In this document: positions 17,689-27,778 of the stretch, piece by piece
Position numbering within the stretch: position 1 is the stretch's first letter
How the letters are laid out: every line of letters begins with the position of its first letter
Assembly: GCF_008065095.1 (NCBI RefSeq)
Contig: NZ_CP042911.1
Coordinates: forward strand, 4,140,001-4,172,000
Direction of reading: 5' to 3'
Origin: Gemmata obscuriglobus
GTDB lineage: Bacteria > Planctomycetota > Planctomycetia > Gemmatales > Gemmataceae
DNA length: 32,000 bases
Made by a program: the position numbers and the translations under genes
Notes under the pieces: generated by a model
The model's input: only the letters and a program-made list of their open reading frames with translations
Told to the model about the DNA's origin: nothing
Database searches by the model: none

Positions 17689-18639
17689 ATGGCTGATGGG
17701 AAGTGGATCACGGGCCTTTCGCCCGAAGTGCCGGTTGCGGAGGCGGCCGGTCGGGTTCTCGCCGAACGCTTCCGACTGGTACGGCAGTACCTCCCTCTCG
17801 CCGCGGGCCGGGCCTGGGAGGACGCCGAGTTCGTTCACCAGTTGCGCGTCGGCACCCGCCGCGCCTGCGCCGCGCTTCGCGTGTTTGCTCCCGCGTTCCC
17901 GCGGAAGCCCCTCAAAGCCACGAAGGAAGCCCTCCGCGCTCTGCGCCGGGCGGCTGGCGGCGCGCGCGACTGGGACGTGTTCCTCGCCGCCTTACCCGGT
18001 TCTACGGCGTTTCGGGGCACGGACGCAGAGCCCGCCCGCGACTTCCTGCTGGGATACGCCTTCGGCGAGCGAACCGTGGCGCAAGCCCACCTCGCCGACG
18101 CCGAGGCGCGACACGGTGCGGCGTTCCGCGCCGCGGCCGACGCGCTGCTGACCCGCGCCCACAACACCGAGAGCGCCGACGCCCCGGCAACCATCGGTCC
18201 TCTGGCGGTCGAGCAACTCGGCGAGTTGATGCGCGAGTTGACCGACGAGGCCGAAGCGAACCCGACCGAACCGGTCGACCTGCACGCCGTGCGGATCACC
18301 GCGAAGCGACTTCGGTACGCGATCGAAATCTTCGCGGCGTGCTTCCCCCGGTTTCTGAAGGACACTGTCTACCCGGCGGTGGAGCGGGTGCAAGAAGTGC
18401 TCGGCGAGGTCCAGGACGCCGCGGTCGGTCTGGACCGGCTGTCCGACATCCGGGGGCGTCTCGGTGCGGCGCTCCCCACGCAAATGGCGCGCGTGAAGCC
18501 CGGGTTTAACGAGCTGGCTTCCGAACTGCGGGCCAAGATCCCGGCAGGGCGCGAGGCGTTCGCAGCCTGGCGCCAGCAGTGGCTCGAAATGACTTCCATG
18601 TTCAAGCTCGAACTGATCTCAGCGACCATTACCGGATAA
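17689..18639 (+). CDS. stand-alone CHAD domain protein
   Basis: Starts 6 nt after the GTPase-2 stop. It is all-helical, with the repeated CHAD signatures FVHQLRVGTRRACAALRVF and LHAVRITAKRLRYAIEIFAACFP, plus VQEVLGEVQDAAV. Confidence 0.8.
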   Translation: MADGKWITGLSPEVPVAEAAGRVLAERFRLVRQYLPLAAGRAWEDAEFVHQLRVGTRRACAALRVFAPAFPRKPLKATKEALRALRRAAGGARDWDVFLAALPGSTAFRGTDAEPARDFLLGYAFGERTVAQAHLADAEARHGAAFRAAADALLTRAHNTESADAPATIGPLAVEQLGELMRELTDEAEANPTEPVDLHAVRITAKRLRYAIEIFAACFPRFLKDTVYPAVERVQEVLGEVQDAAVGLDRLSDIRGRLGAALPTQMARVKPGFNELASELRAKIPAGREAFAAWRQQWLEMTSMFKLELISATITG

Positions 18640-18642
18640 CGC

Positions 18643-20349
18643 TTACGGCATCACCCAATCGGTGCGCAGCCGGTACACGCGCACTTGCAGCCGGGGATGG
18701 TCTCGCCCCGTTACGGGACCGGCGCCGCCGTAGTAGTTCGGTACAGTCTTCGCCGAGAGCAGATCGTCGGCCGTAACGCCGCCCAGATCGTCCGCAACCC
18801 ATTCTGGAGGGTGCCGCACATCGAACCCCGCGTACGGCCGCGGGAACGGATCATCCGGCGGGTATTCGGGCACCACGAGGTAGTCCCCGGCACGCGCTTC
18901 CGTCTGCTGAGCGATGAGCGGCAGCATCCCGAATCGCTCGCAGTAGTACTGAAAACCCCAATGTCCGACGTACCACACCCGACCCGCCGACAACGGCTCC
19001 TCCGCTCGCGCCCGTGCAACCCGTAGCGCGGCTTCTTCGGCGCACAGCTTCTCGGGGTAAGCGTCAAGAGTGTCGATCGCGGCCACCAGCGCGCCGGCCC
19101 CCACACCCACACCAACGACCCATCGAGAGGGGCGGCGATCCTGACGTACACGGCAGACGCGGCTCAACACGCGTGCCGCAACCAGACCCAATACAACGCT
19201 GACCCCGATGACACGCCGGGCCGCCGGGAACGGCGCTAAGCCAATTGCCGCCGCCAGTTCGATGAGCAGCCAACCGGAAAGAAACAGCGCCCCGCGGTGA
19301 ACACGAACGCCCAGCCCCGTTCGGACGCGGAACAGCAGCACGCCCAAACATCCTGCTCCTGCCATCAGCCAGATGAGCCCGCTCAGTTGCCAGAACGCGG
19401 ACACCAAGTTGAGGTCGGAAATGATGGTCCACCGGCGCGGCAGTGTGACGAGCGAACCGAACCCGAGGCACCACAATGCGGCAGTTCCGGTAGTCCAGCA
19501 TCGTGCAACACGGAGCGCAGACATAGCAAGCAACCCGCTCCCGACGGCAAGACACCCCAGGTAACCGCCCAGTGGTGCGAGGAGAGGGAACTTGGACTCG
19601 ACGAAGGCGCTCAATCCGCCGCCGCCCGACGAGCCGGCGTGGAACGCGAAGTGCGATCGGCCGTACTTTGCGACGAGTAGAAATTCCCAGCCCGCAAATA
19701 ATGCAGCAGCAGCGAATACCGCGCACACGGCGGGAACCACGCGCCGGTGTGTGATCCCGTACCACGCGATCACCGCCGGAGCTACAAACGCGCTGTACTT
19801 CGTCTGCATCGCTAGCCCTGCGACACAGCCCGCGAGTGCCGCGAGCCCCAGACCACGCCCCGCGGCACGGATGAACAGTTCAACCGACGCCAGGGCGAGC
19901 GCCAGCGCCGGCACATCGAGCATCAGGTTCAGCGAGGGCAGAACGGCGGGCGAGAGCATCAGCACCGGCAGGGCAACACCCTCTATGCCCCGTGCGAAGC
20001 GGACCAGAAGCGTGTTCAAAGCCCATGCCAGGAGCAGCACGAACGGAAAGAGCCACAGCTTCAGGAGCCCGACGTGTTCACCGAACAGCGTCATCCCGAG
20101 CGCCAGCCAGTACGGCACCACGGGCGGGCACAGTACCTCCATCGCGGGTTCCGGCTGTGCCCACCAGAAAAGAGCGAACCCGTAGGGGTTGGTTGGGTGG
20201 GAGTGGATGTGCCGGGCAAACAGGAGGTACGCGGTGTCGTCCACCGTCACGGGTTTCGCAACGTTCGCGAGGGTGACAAACCCCGCCAGCACGAGTAACA
20301 GCCGCCCCCCGGCGCGTGGGACGGACGGAGAAAGTCGATCGGCGCTCAA
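18643..20349 (-). CDS. polytopic GT-C type glycosyltransferase (ArnT/PMT, GT39-like)
   Basis: TTG start at 20349. More than 10 predicted TM helices. VTVDDTAYLLFARHI in the first loop resembles the acidic GT-C catalytic motif. Soluble C-terminal domain. The stop is only 3 nt from the convergent CHAD stop. Confidence 0.7.
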   Translation of the reverse strand: MSADRLSPSVPRAGGRLLLVLAGFVTLANVAKPVTVDDTAYLLFARHIHSHPTNPYGFALFWWAQPEPAMEVLCPPVVPYWLALGMTLFGEHVGLLKLWLFPFVLLLAWALNTLLVRFARGIEGVALPVLMLSPAVLPSLNLMLDVPALALALASVELFIRAAGRGLGLAALAGCVAGLAMQTKYSAFVAPAVIAWYGITHRRVVPAVCAVFAAAALFAGWEFLLVAKYGRSHFAFHAGSSGGGGLSAFVESKFPLLAPLGGYLGCLAVGSGLLAMSALRVARCWTTGTAALWCLGFGSLVTLPRRWTIISDLNLVSAFWQLSGLIWLMAGAGCLGVLLFRVRTGLGVRVHRGALFLSGWLLIELAAAIGLAPFPAARRVIGVSVVLGLVAARVLSRVCRVRQDRRPSRWVVGVGVGAGALVAAIDTLDAYPEKLCAEEAALRVARARAEEPLSAGRVWYVGHWGFQYYCERFGMLPLIAQQTEARAGDYLVVPEYPPDDPFPRPYAGFDVRHPPEWVADDLGGVTADDLLSAKTVPNYYGGAGPVTGRDHPRLQVRVYRLRTDWVMP

Positions 20350-20455
20350 TCGCTGCCCCGGTTCGAGTTCTTCGAGCCACTTCGGCTGGGTGAAGTTGTC
20401 CGCGGGTGGTAAAATACCGGTAGATGACTCGGGCCGCCACGTAGAGACTTTCGCG

Positions 20456-21199
20456 GTGCATGAACGCCTTCAACAAGACGACACGGCTCCGCCGCGTGCG
20501 CTCGCGGCGTACCTGCTCGGCGTCATCGATTTCGACGAGCTGAGCGCGCTCCAGCGCCGGCTCCGCTACGATGTTAGCGGTGACCGCGACACGGCTGCTG
20601 CCATCTTCTGCGAAATCGAACCCGGGATCACGATTGGGCGCGAAGGGAGCGCCGCCCACATTCGCCCCAGCGCCGAATCGCTCGCGGCCCGGCGCTGGCC
20701 GGTTCGGTGGGTCGGGCGCGGCGGCGGCGCGGTCTTGCACCAAGTTGGACAAGTTGTCTGCTTCCCGGTGTTCCCGCTTGACGCCCTCAACCTTTCACCG
20801 GCCCGGTACCTGAGTGAGTTGCAAGCCGTCTGCCTCGACCTCTGCCGTGATTACGGAATCGCAGGGACTCTCGACGCGGAACGCCCCGGAGTGCGGGCCA
20901 ACGGCCGGCTGATCGCTCACATCGGCGTTGCCGTCCGCGACTGGGTCAGTTCTTACGGCATGGTGCTGAACGTGAACCCGGACCTGGGGCCGTTCCGTGA
21001 CGTGAAGTGCAACGGCGACCCGGTGCCGATGACCTCACTCCAGCGCGAGAGCCCGTTGCGGGTTCGTGTCTCGGGGGTGCGGCAGAAGTTGCTCGAGCTG
21101 ATCGCGGCCCGGTTCGGGTTCGCGCGCGTTTCTGTGTTCCATCACCACCCCGCGGCGCTCCCGCGAGCCACCCGACATGCGCTCCCTCACGCTTCTTGA
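20456..21199 (+). CDS. lipB: octanoyltransferase LipB
   Basis: RGGGAVLHQVGQVVCFPVF (compare the LipB motif RGGxxTYHGPGQ) and RLIAHIGVAVRDWVSSYGMVLNV. The in-frame GTG at 20456 gives a normal-length N-terminus. The upstream part of the 20189 ORF overlaps the divergent gene. Confidence 0.8.
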   Translation: MHERLQQDDTAPPRALAAYLLGVIDFDELSALQRRLRYDVSGDRDTAAAIFCEIEPGITIGREGSAAHIRPSAESLAARRWPVRWVGRGGGAVLHQVGQVVCFPVFPLDALNLSPARYLSELQAVCLDLCRDYGIAGTLDAERPGVRANGRLIAHIGVAVRDWVSSYGMVLNVNPDLGPFRDVKCNGDPVPMTSLQRESPLRVRVSGVRQKLLELIAARFGFARVSVFHHHPAALPRATRHALPHAS

Positions 21200-22073
21200 T
21201 AAGCCCGCCCCGCCGCCCCGCACCGGCCACCGGCTGCCGGAGTGGCTCAAGCGCCCGCTCCCGGCCGGGAACGGGAACAACTTCACCGCGCACCTGATCG
21301 AAGACCTGCGCCTGGAGACGGTGTGCGAGAGCGCGCGGTGCCCGAACCGCCCGGAGTGCTGGTCGCGCCGCACCGCGACCTTCATGATCATGGGCAACTA
21401 CTGCACCCGCACGTGCAGCTTTTGTTCGGTGCCAAAAGGCTCCCCAGAGGCTCTCGAAGCCGATGAGCCGGCCCGGCTAGCCGAGGCGGCTACGCGGCTG
21501 GGTCTGAAGCATGTCGTCATTACGTCCGTGACACGCGACGATCTGCCGGACGGCGGCGCGGACCACTTCGTGCGGTGCATCGGGGCCGTGCGCGACCGGC
21601 TCCCCGCCGCAGCGGTCGAGGTGCTCACGCCCGACTTTATGGGTGACAACGCGGCCATTGATGCGGTCACCGACGCGCGCCCAGAAGTGTTCAACCACAA
21701 CCTCGAAACCGTTCCCCGGTTGCACCGGATCGTGCGCGGCCGGGCGCTGTACGCCAGGAGCTTGGCGCTGCTGGAACGCGTCAAGCAGCGGGCGCCGCAG
21801 GTCGTTACGAAAGCTGGGCTGATGCTCGGAATCGGTGAGACGCGTGACGAGTTGTTCGACGTGTTCGCCGACCTGCGGTCGATCAACTGCGACGTCCTGA
21901 CGCTGGGCCAGTACCTCGCGCCGACCGCGAAGCACATTCCGGTCGCGCGGTTCGTGCCGCCCGAGGAGTTCGACGAGATCGCGGCCCTGGCCCGGTTGAT
22001 CGGGTTCAAACAGGTGGTTGCGGGACCGTACGTGCGGTCCAGTTACCACGCCGACGACATGGTTCCGCACTAA
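21177..22073 (+). CDS. lipA: lipoyl synthase LipA (radical SAM)
   Basis: LETVCESARCPNRPECWSRRTATFMIMGNYCTRTCSFCSV contains both Cys clusters (CxxxxCxxxxxC and CxxxCxxC). It overlaps the lipB 3' end by 23 nt. Confidence 0.92.
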   Translation: MRSLTLLDKPAPPPRTGHRLPEWLKRPLPAGNGNNFTAHLIEDLRLETVCESARCPNRPECWSRRTATFMIMGNYCTRTCSFCSVPKGSPEALEADEPARLAEAATRLGLKHVVITSVTRDDLPDGGADHFVRCIGAVRDRLPAAAVEVLTPDFMGDNAAIDAVTDARPEVFNHNLETVPRLHRIVRGRALYARSLALLERVKQRAPQVVTKAGLMLGIGETRDELFDVFADLRSINCDVLTLGQYLAPTAKHIPVARFVPPEEFDEIAALARLIGFKQVVAGPYVRSSYHADDMVPH

Positions 22074-22083
22074 AGGAGCGCCT

Positions 22084-22329
22084 TTGCCGGAACCGCGCCG
22101 CACGGCCATCACGCTGCCCGATCTCGGCTCTGCGCGGGTCGTTTTCAGCCTGTGGCACGTCCGGATCGGCGACAGCGTGGCTGAGGGGGACCGGGTCGCC
22201 GAGGTGCTGATCCCCGGCGCGACGTTCGATGTGCCGGCCCCGGCCACGGGCCGACTCGTCGAGACGTTCGTGCTGCCCAACGACCCGCTCTCGCCGGGTG
22301 CCGCCCTCGGAACCGTTCGCGAAGAGTAA
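22084..22329 (+). CDS. small lipoyl/biotinyl-domain-like protein lacking the modifiable lysine (81 aa)
   Basis: TTG at 22084 lies 5 nt after AGGAG (22074-22078), which directly follows the lipA stop. ITLPDLGS..WHVRIGDSVAEGDRVAEVLIPGATFDVPAPATGRLVETFV aligns with the E2 lipoyl-domain pattern (..GDxVxxGDxLxEVETDKAxxEVPSPxxG), with Gly in place of Lys. Confidence 0.6.
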   Translation: MPEPRRTAITLPDLGSARVVFSLWHVRIGDSVAEGDRVAEVLIPGATFDVPAPATGRLVETFVLPNDPLSPGAALGTVREE

Positions 22330-22341
22330 CGAGCCACCACC

Positions 22342-22992
22342 ATGCCGCGCCCCGCGTTCCTGTCGCTCGACGGCCTCGACGGCACCGGCAAATCGACCCA
22401 GTGCCGGCTTCTGGTCGAGTGGCTCGTCGCGCAGGGCGTCCCTGTCACAGCTTGTACCGATCCGGGCGGCACCCCGCTCGGTCAGGAGCTTCGCAAACTA
22501 CTGCTGTTCGGCCGCGAACACCGCATCGGAACGCGAACCGAAGCGCTCCTCTTCATGGCGTCCCGGGCGCAGCTCGTAGAAGAGGTGATTCGGCCCGCAT
22601 TGGCTCGGGGCGAAGTGGTCGTGTCCGACCGGTTCCTGCTCGCGAACGTCGTTTATCAGGGGCACGCCGGCGGGTTGAGTCCGGAGGAGTTGTGGCAGGT
22701 CGGGACGTTCGCCACCGGCGGTGCCGAGCGCCTCGAACCGGACCTCACGCTCGTCCTCGATCTGCCACCTGAGATTGCGGCAGTGAGGCGCAACCGCGAA
22801 GCTGATCGCATGGAAGCCCGTGGAGCTGATTACGCCGAGCGTGTGCGCGCCGGCTTCCGGTCCGAGGTCGCACGCCGGACCGAACGGTTGCGCCTCGTTG
22901 ACGCGACCGCCAACGTGGATGGCGTTCAGAAAATCATCCGCGGTGAGGTCGCCGGGCTACTACGTGGCCGGGGCTGGAACGTGAAGGAGTAG
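22342..22992 (+). CDS. tmk: thymidylate kinase
   Basis: FLSLDGLDGTGKSTQCRLL P-loop, TDPGGTPLGQELRKLLL, SDRFLLANVVYQG. Confidence 0.92.
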   Translation: MPRPAFLSLDGLDGTGKSTQCRLLVEWLVAQGVPVTACTDPGGTPLGQELRKLLLFGREHRIGTRTEALLFMASRAQLVEEVIRPALARGEVVVSDRFLLANVVYQGHAGGLSPEELWQVGTFATGGAERLEPDLTLVLDLPPEIAAVRRNREADRMEARGADYAERVRAGFRSEVARRTERLRLVDATANVDGVQKIIRGEVAGLLRGRGWNVKE

Positions 22993-23000
22993 GAACCGGC

Positions 23001-24017
23001 ATGTCGTGGGACCGCATCCGCGGGCAGCACGCACCCCGAAACACGTTCGCCGCTGCCCTCGAAGCAGGCCGGCTCGCGCACTCCTATCTGCTCGTCGGCC
23101 CGGACGGCGTGGGTAAGCGACAGTTCGCGCGTGAACTCGCGAAGGCGTTCCTGTGCGAGCATCCGCCGGCGAAGTTGACCGCGTGCGACCGCTGCCCGGC
23201 GTGCGCGCAGGTGAATGTCGGCACACACCCTGATCTCCTCTTTTTGCGCACGCCCGAGGACAAGCACGAGCTACCAGTGGATGAGATGCGAGCGTTCTGC
23301 GCGCAAATCGCGCTGAAACCGACTCGCGGGCCGCGCAAGATCGGCATCGTCGAGGACGCCGATGATTTCAACGCCTCTTCGGCCAACTCGTTTCTGAAAA
23401 CGCTCGAGGAGCCGCCGCAGGGCGCGCTCTTGTTGCTGATCGGTACGAGTATCGACCGGCAGTTATCGACGATTCTGTCCCGGTGCCAGATCGTTCGGTT
23501 CGCGCCGCTGAGCCCGGCGGACCTAAAAGCGGTCCTCGCGGAGCAGGGCATTGATGACCCGGTTAAGCGTGACCGGTTGGCCAAACTCGGCGCCGGCAGT
23601 GTCACCCGCGCCCTGGCGCTCGACGACGACTCCATCTGGCAAGTGCGGCAGAAACTGCTCGAAGGGCTGATGTCGCCGCGCCCGCCGTTCCAGCAACTCG
23701 CCGATGTATGGGCGCGGTTCAACGAAGAAGCCGGGAAGGAAACAGCGCCGCAGCGCCTCCGCACGTCGCTGGTGCTCCAGTTTCTGATCGAGGCCGTGCA
23801 GAACGCGCTGAAGCTGTCGCTCGGTGCGGCGGTGCCCGAACTTGACGCCGCCGAAGCTCCCTTGCTGAGGGCGTTCGCAGACCGAATCGGGGCTGCCGGG
23901 TTGATGGAACTGCTGGACGCGCTCGTGGAAGCCGATTTCCACGTCGAGCGCCGGGTGCAACTTATTCTGATCGTAGAATCGGTCGTGACGAAGTTCCCGC
24001 GCGAGTCGAGCCGGTAA
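23001..24017 (+). CDS. holB: DNA polymerase III delta-prime subunit
   Basis: [27 protein letters not shown], Zn-module-like [31 protein letters not shown]. Conserved tmk-holB order, with an 8-nt gap. Confidence 0.9.
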   Translation: MSWDRIRGQHAPRNTFAAALEAGRLAHSYLLVGPDGVGKRQFARELAKAFLCEHPPAKLTACDRCPACAQVNVGTHPDLLFLRTPEDKHELPVDEMRAFCAQIALKPTRGPRKIGIVEDADDFNASSANSFLKTLEEPPQGALLLLIGTSIDRQLSTILSRCQIVRFAPLSPADLKAVLAEQGIDDPVKRDRLAKLGAGSVTRALALDDDSIWQVRQKLLEGLMSPRPPFQQLADVWARFNEEAGKETAPQRLRTSLVLQFLIEAVQNALKLSLGAAVPELDAAEAPLLRAFADRIGAAGLMELLDALVEADFHVERRVQLILIVESVVTKFPRESSR

Positions 24018-24024
24018 CTCGCTT

Positions 24025-24678
24025 CTAAGGGGCAAGCCGCTCACGCGTCCAACTCGTTCCAGTACGAGTGAAAACGATCCGGTCATGAAGCCGGCTTCGC
24101 CGCCCCTGCCAGAACTCGATAACCGTGGGGATCACGCGATAACCGCCCCAGTTCTGTGGGCGCGGTGGGTCGCCGTCGGGGTATTTGGCCGTCAGCTCTG
24201 CGTGCGCCCGTTCCAGCACCTCGCGGTCTGCAATGACGGCACTTTGAGGCGAAGCCCACGCACCCAACCGGCTCCCGAGCGGGCGCTTCTTGTAGTACTC
24301 ATCCGACTCGGCCGCGGACACCATCTCCGCGATGCCTTCAACGCGCACCTGGCGCTCCAGCGGGTGCCACAGGAACACCAGAGCCGCGCGCGGGTTCGCT
24401 TCCAGCTCGCGCCCCTTCCGGCTGTCATAGTTGGTGAAGAACGTGAACCCGCGGTCGTCGAGCGCCTTCAGGAGGACGGCCCGGGCCGATGGCTGCTGGT
24501 CCGGGCCGACGGTAGCCAGGATCATCGCGTTGGGGTCGGTGAGGTCGGCCGCAAGTGCATCCGCGAACCACTTATGAAACAATGCGAACGGATCGGCGCC
24601 GGCGTCGGTCTCCGTCAGCCCCCCGGTCGAGTACTCCTTGCGCAGATCCGCGAGTCGCAACTGTTCCTCGCTCGGCAT
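24025..24678 (-). CDS. pdxH: pyridoxamine 5'-phosphate oxidase
   Basis: [52 protein letters not shown] and [16 protein letters not shown] are canonical PdxH motifs. Confidence 0.92.
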   Translation of the reverse strand: MPSEEQLRLADLRKEYSTGGLTETDAGADPFALFHKWFADALAADLTDPNAMILATVGPDQQPSARAVLLKALDDRGFTFFTNYDSRKGRELEANPRAALVFLWHPLERQVRVEGIAEMVSAAESDEYYKKRPLGSRLGAWASPQSAVIADREVLERAHAELTAKYPDGDPPRPQNWGGYRVIPTVIEFWQGRRSRLHDRIVFTRTGTSWTRERLAP

Positions 24679-24888
24679 ACGTGTCCCCTCTCAACCCAGA
24701 TCGTGTGCCGAGCATTTTATTCGCCAGGACCTGATAAGCCCGGAGGTGTCCTTTCCCCGTTCACGAGTCTCATTTTCACGGGGTGCCGACGCGACGGTCG
24801 CAGGGATAGAACACTTGAACCGCGCCGTGTTCGCCACTCCACCCTCCCGCCTGACGGCGCGCGGGCACTCTTGACCAAGGACCACCGA

Positions 24889-25479
<591 letters not shown>

Positions 25480-25490
25480 TACACCGACAG

Positions 25491-25550
25491 TCGAGGGGCC
25501 GGAAGTCGTGCGCCAGAAAGCCCGGCAGCCGCCGACTTCCGGCCCCTCGA
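25491..25550. terminator. bidirectional terminator-type hairpin: perfect 18-bp inverted repeat TCGAGGGGCCGGAAGTCG / CGACTTCCGGCCCCTCGA
   Basis: Arms at 25491-25508 and 25533-25550 with a 24-nt loop. It lies exactly between the convergent stops at 25479 (+) and 25552 (-). Confidence 0.6.
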
Positions 25551-25551
25551 A

Positions 25552-26373
25552 TCACCACTTTCGCTCCATCATTGAAACAATCTGAACGGCAATCTGGTCC
25601 TGGATACGTTTCGAGGCGGACGCGTTAGTCTCACCCAGTTCCGGGATGAGGCGACCGGTGGCCAAAATGCGCACGGGGGTCGGCCGTTCGAGCGGTGTCC
25701 GGTCCGGCGGTACCGGCACGCTCGGATCGAACGGCACCGGCGGCCCGTCGAGTTTCGGGTTCGGCCCCTGGCGCGGCTTCCGCGGGTTGGACAGAATGGT
25801 CCCGTCGCGGAGGTCGCGCCAGACGACGTCCACCGCGACCTGAATTTCTGCCTCGCGGATCTGGTTCTGCTGGTTCAAGTTCTGAATCATCTTCTGAATC
25901 ATCACGACGTTACCCAGCAGTTCGGTATCCGCCTTCGACGGGTCGGACGTAACTCGGTACGCGGTGGTCTTGCCGATCTCGTGGATCACGGCCTGGGTAA
26001 CGTCGACCTCGAACCCGCGGTACGGGGTGGTCTGAAACTCGCGGTTGTTGAACAGCGGCACGTAAACCGTGCGGATGTTCTGGTCGTACAGCGCGCCGGC
26101 GCCGACATCGTACCCGAAAATCCGGAACCCGTTCTGACACCCGGTCGTGACCGACGCGGCCGCCCCGCCCACGATCGCGAGGAACTGGCGCCGGCTCGGG
26201 GCCGCGGGCGTTGTGGTTCCAGCCGGGGGTACGTGTTCGCTGTTTGACATATTCGATTCCGAATGGCGCGTCACAACACCGCAACGCGAAACCCCGGCCA
26301 CGACCGCCATGAGCGCGACCACCACAACGCCCGACACGAGCTGCACCAGGAGCCGACGGCCCGCGTTCGCCAT
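25552..26373 (-). CDS. LptE-like LPS-assembly lipoprotein
   Basis: Tat/lipobox-like SRRQFLAIVGGAAASVTTGC, followed by RTVYVPLFNNREFQTTPYRGFEVDVTQAVIHEI...ADTELLGNVV, which resembles the LptE family. The ATG at 26373 has GGAGG 5 nt upstream. A shorter alternative start (MSNSEH) is at 26250. Confidence 0.65.
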   Translation of the reverse strand: MANAGRRLLVQLVSGVVVVALMAVVAGVSRCGVVTRHSESNMSNSEHVPPAGTTTPAAPSRRQFLAIVGGAAASVTTGCQNGFRIFGYDVGAGALYDQNIRTVYVPLFNNREFQTTPYRGFEVDVTQAVIHEIGKTTAYRVTSDPSKADTELLGNVVMIQKMIQNLNQQNQIREAEIQVAVDVVWRDLRDGTILSNPRKPRQGPNPKLDGPPVPFDPSVPVPPDRTPLERPTPVRILATGRLIPELGETNASASKRIQDQIAVQIVSMMERKW

Positions 26374-26498
26374 GCGAACCTCCACTGACAGGTCGGGCGT
26401 TCCGGCCGCGCTCGCGGGTGACGGACGCCCGACACGTCTCCGCGGTCGCAAACGTCCCGCGGCTCCGAACGCGCCGTGGGAACCCTGACTCCGCTCGC

Positions 26499-27743
26499 TT
26501 ACTGCTGCGGGACGCCGCCGCCGATCGGTTGGGGTTGCGGCACCGGCGAGCCGCCCGCTGGGATCAGGCTCGGGTCGGTGCGGACGCGGTCCTTTTCGTC
26601 CACCGGTTTGTTGCGGCCGAACAGTTCGTTGAACTTCGCCTGCGCGATCGCGAACGGGTCGTTGCCGGGCTCCGGGCGCCCTTCCTGCATCAGCCGCACC
26701 AGTCGCTCCTTGTTCTCGGTCGCGGCTTCGGCGTACTTGGTGCCGGCGTACCGCCGCCGCACCAGTTCGTAGTAGAACACCGCGGACCCGGGGTGCCCGG
26801 TGCGCTCGTAGTACTCGGCCATCCGGAAGTCCTTCTCGGCCTGCTGCGAACGGATCGCGAACTTGGCCCGGGTCAGTTTCTCCGCCATCGCCGGGTCGTT
26901 GGCCAGTTCCGGCACCGAGCTTTCGGCGACCGACACAAGGTGGAGGGCTTCGGCACATTTGCGCCCGTCGTAGCTCGCCCCGCCGGTCGCGTTGTTCTTC
27001 GCCTGGATCGCGAACGCCATCGCCTGTGGCAGCAGCGTGCTGTCCTTGTGCAGCTCACAGAACTGGCTGAAGAACTGGTCCGCTTCGCTGAAGTTGCCGC
27101 GGATGAAGTTCACGTACCCGCACCAGAACAGCGCCTTGTCGGCGGTCGGCCCGGTGATGTCGTGCGTGTGGACCCGCTGGAGCGCTTCGAGCGTGTAGCC
27201 CTCTTGATCAACTTGCGGCCGGGACCGGTCGAGTAGGTGCGGCCAACTCGGTCGCCAGCGCATGACACCCTTTTCGTCGGAGCGGCGTTCCAGTTCCGCA
27301 CGGAAGTCGTCGAGCCAGTAGTCGCAGATCTGGAATATCCGCGCGCAGCAGTCGCGCCGGTAAACCCCGGATTGGAAGTCCAGGAGCACCTTGTGGTAGG
27401 TGTCCGCGGCCTCCGGGTAGTGACCGAGTTGGTAGCGGCACTCGCCCTGCATGAACCGGGCGCGTTCCGCGAGTTCCTTGGGGTTGCTCTGGTTGTCGGC
27501 CAGGGTGCGGAACTGGCCGAGGGCCTGCTTGTAATCGCCGCTCTGGTACAACTGTTCGGCGGCGGCGAGCTTCTGGTCCGCTTCGGGGTCGTTGTAGCTC
27601 GAACTCAGGATGGGCTTGGCGGCGCTGCTGACCCGCTCCTTGAAGTTCCGGGCCGTGGTACACCCAGGGGCGAGCAGCGCCAGCGCGGCGAGCAGCGCCG
27701 CGGTGCGACCGGGTCGGAACGTCCTGTCGGCTGGCTTCCGCAT
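26499..27743 (-). CDS. BamD/YfiO-like TPR outer-membrane assembly lipoprotein
   Basis: ATG at 27741-27743 gives MRKPADRTFRPGRTAALLAALALLAPGC (lipobox). TPR-like repeats follow (AEQLYQSGDYKQALGQFRTL; GECRYQLGHYPEAADTYHKVL; MAEYYERTGHPGSAVFYYELV). The C-terminal tail is Pro/Gly-rich. Confidence 0.65.
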   Translation of the reverse strand: MRKPADRTFRPGRTAALLAALALLAPGCTTARNFKERVSSAAKPILSSSYNDPEADQKLAAAEQLYQSGDYKQALGQFRTLADNQSNPKELAERARFMQGECRYQLGHYPEAADTYHKVLLDFQSGVYRRDCCARIFQICDYWLDDFRAELERRSDEKGVMRWRPSWPHLLDRSRPQVDQEGYTLEALQRVHTHDITGPTADKALFWCGYVNFIRGNFSEADQFFSQFCELHKDSTLLPQAMAFAIQAKNNATGGASYDGRKCAEALHLVSVAESSVPELANDPAMAEKLTRAKFAIRSQQAEKDFRMAEYYERTGHPGSAVFYYELVRRRYAGTKYAEAATENKERLVRLMQEGRPEPGNDPFAIAQAKFNELFGRNKPVDEKDRVRTDPSLIPAGGSPVPQPQPIGGGVPQQ

Positions 27744-27778
27744 CCGTGCGTTCTCCCCACAACCCCCGAACCCCGGTC

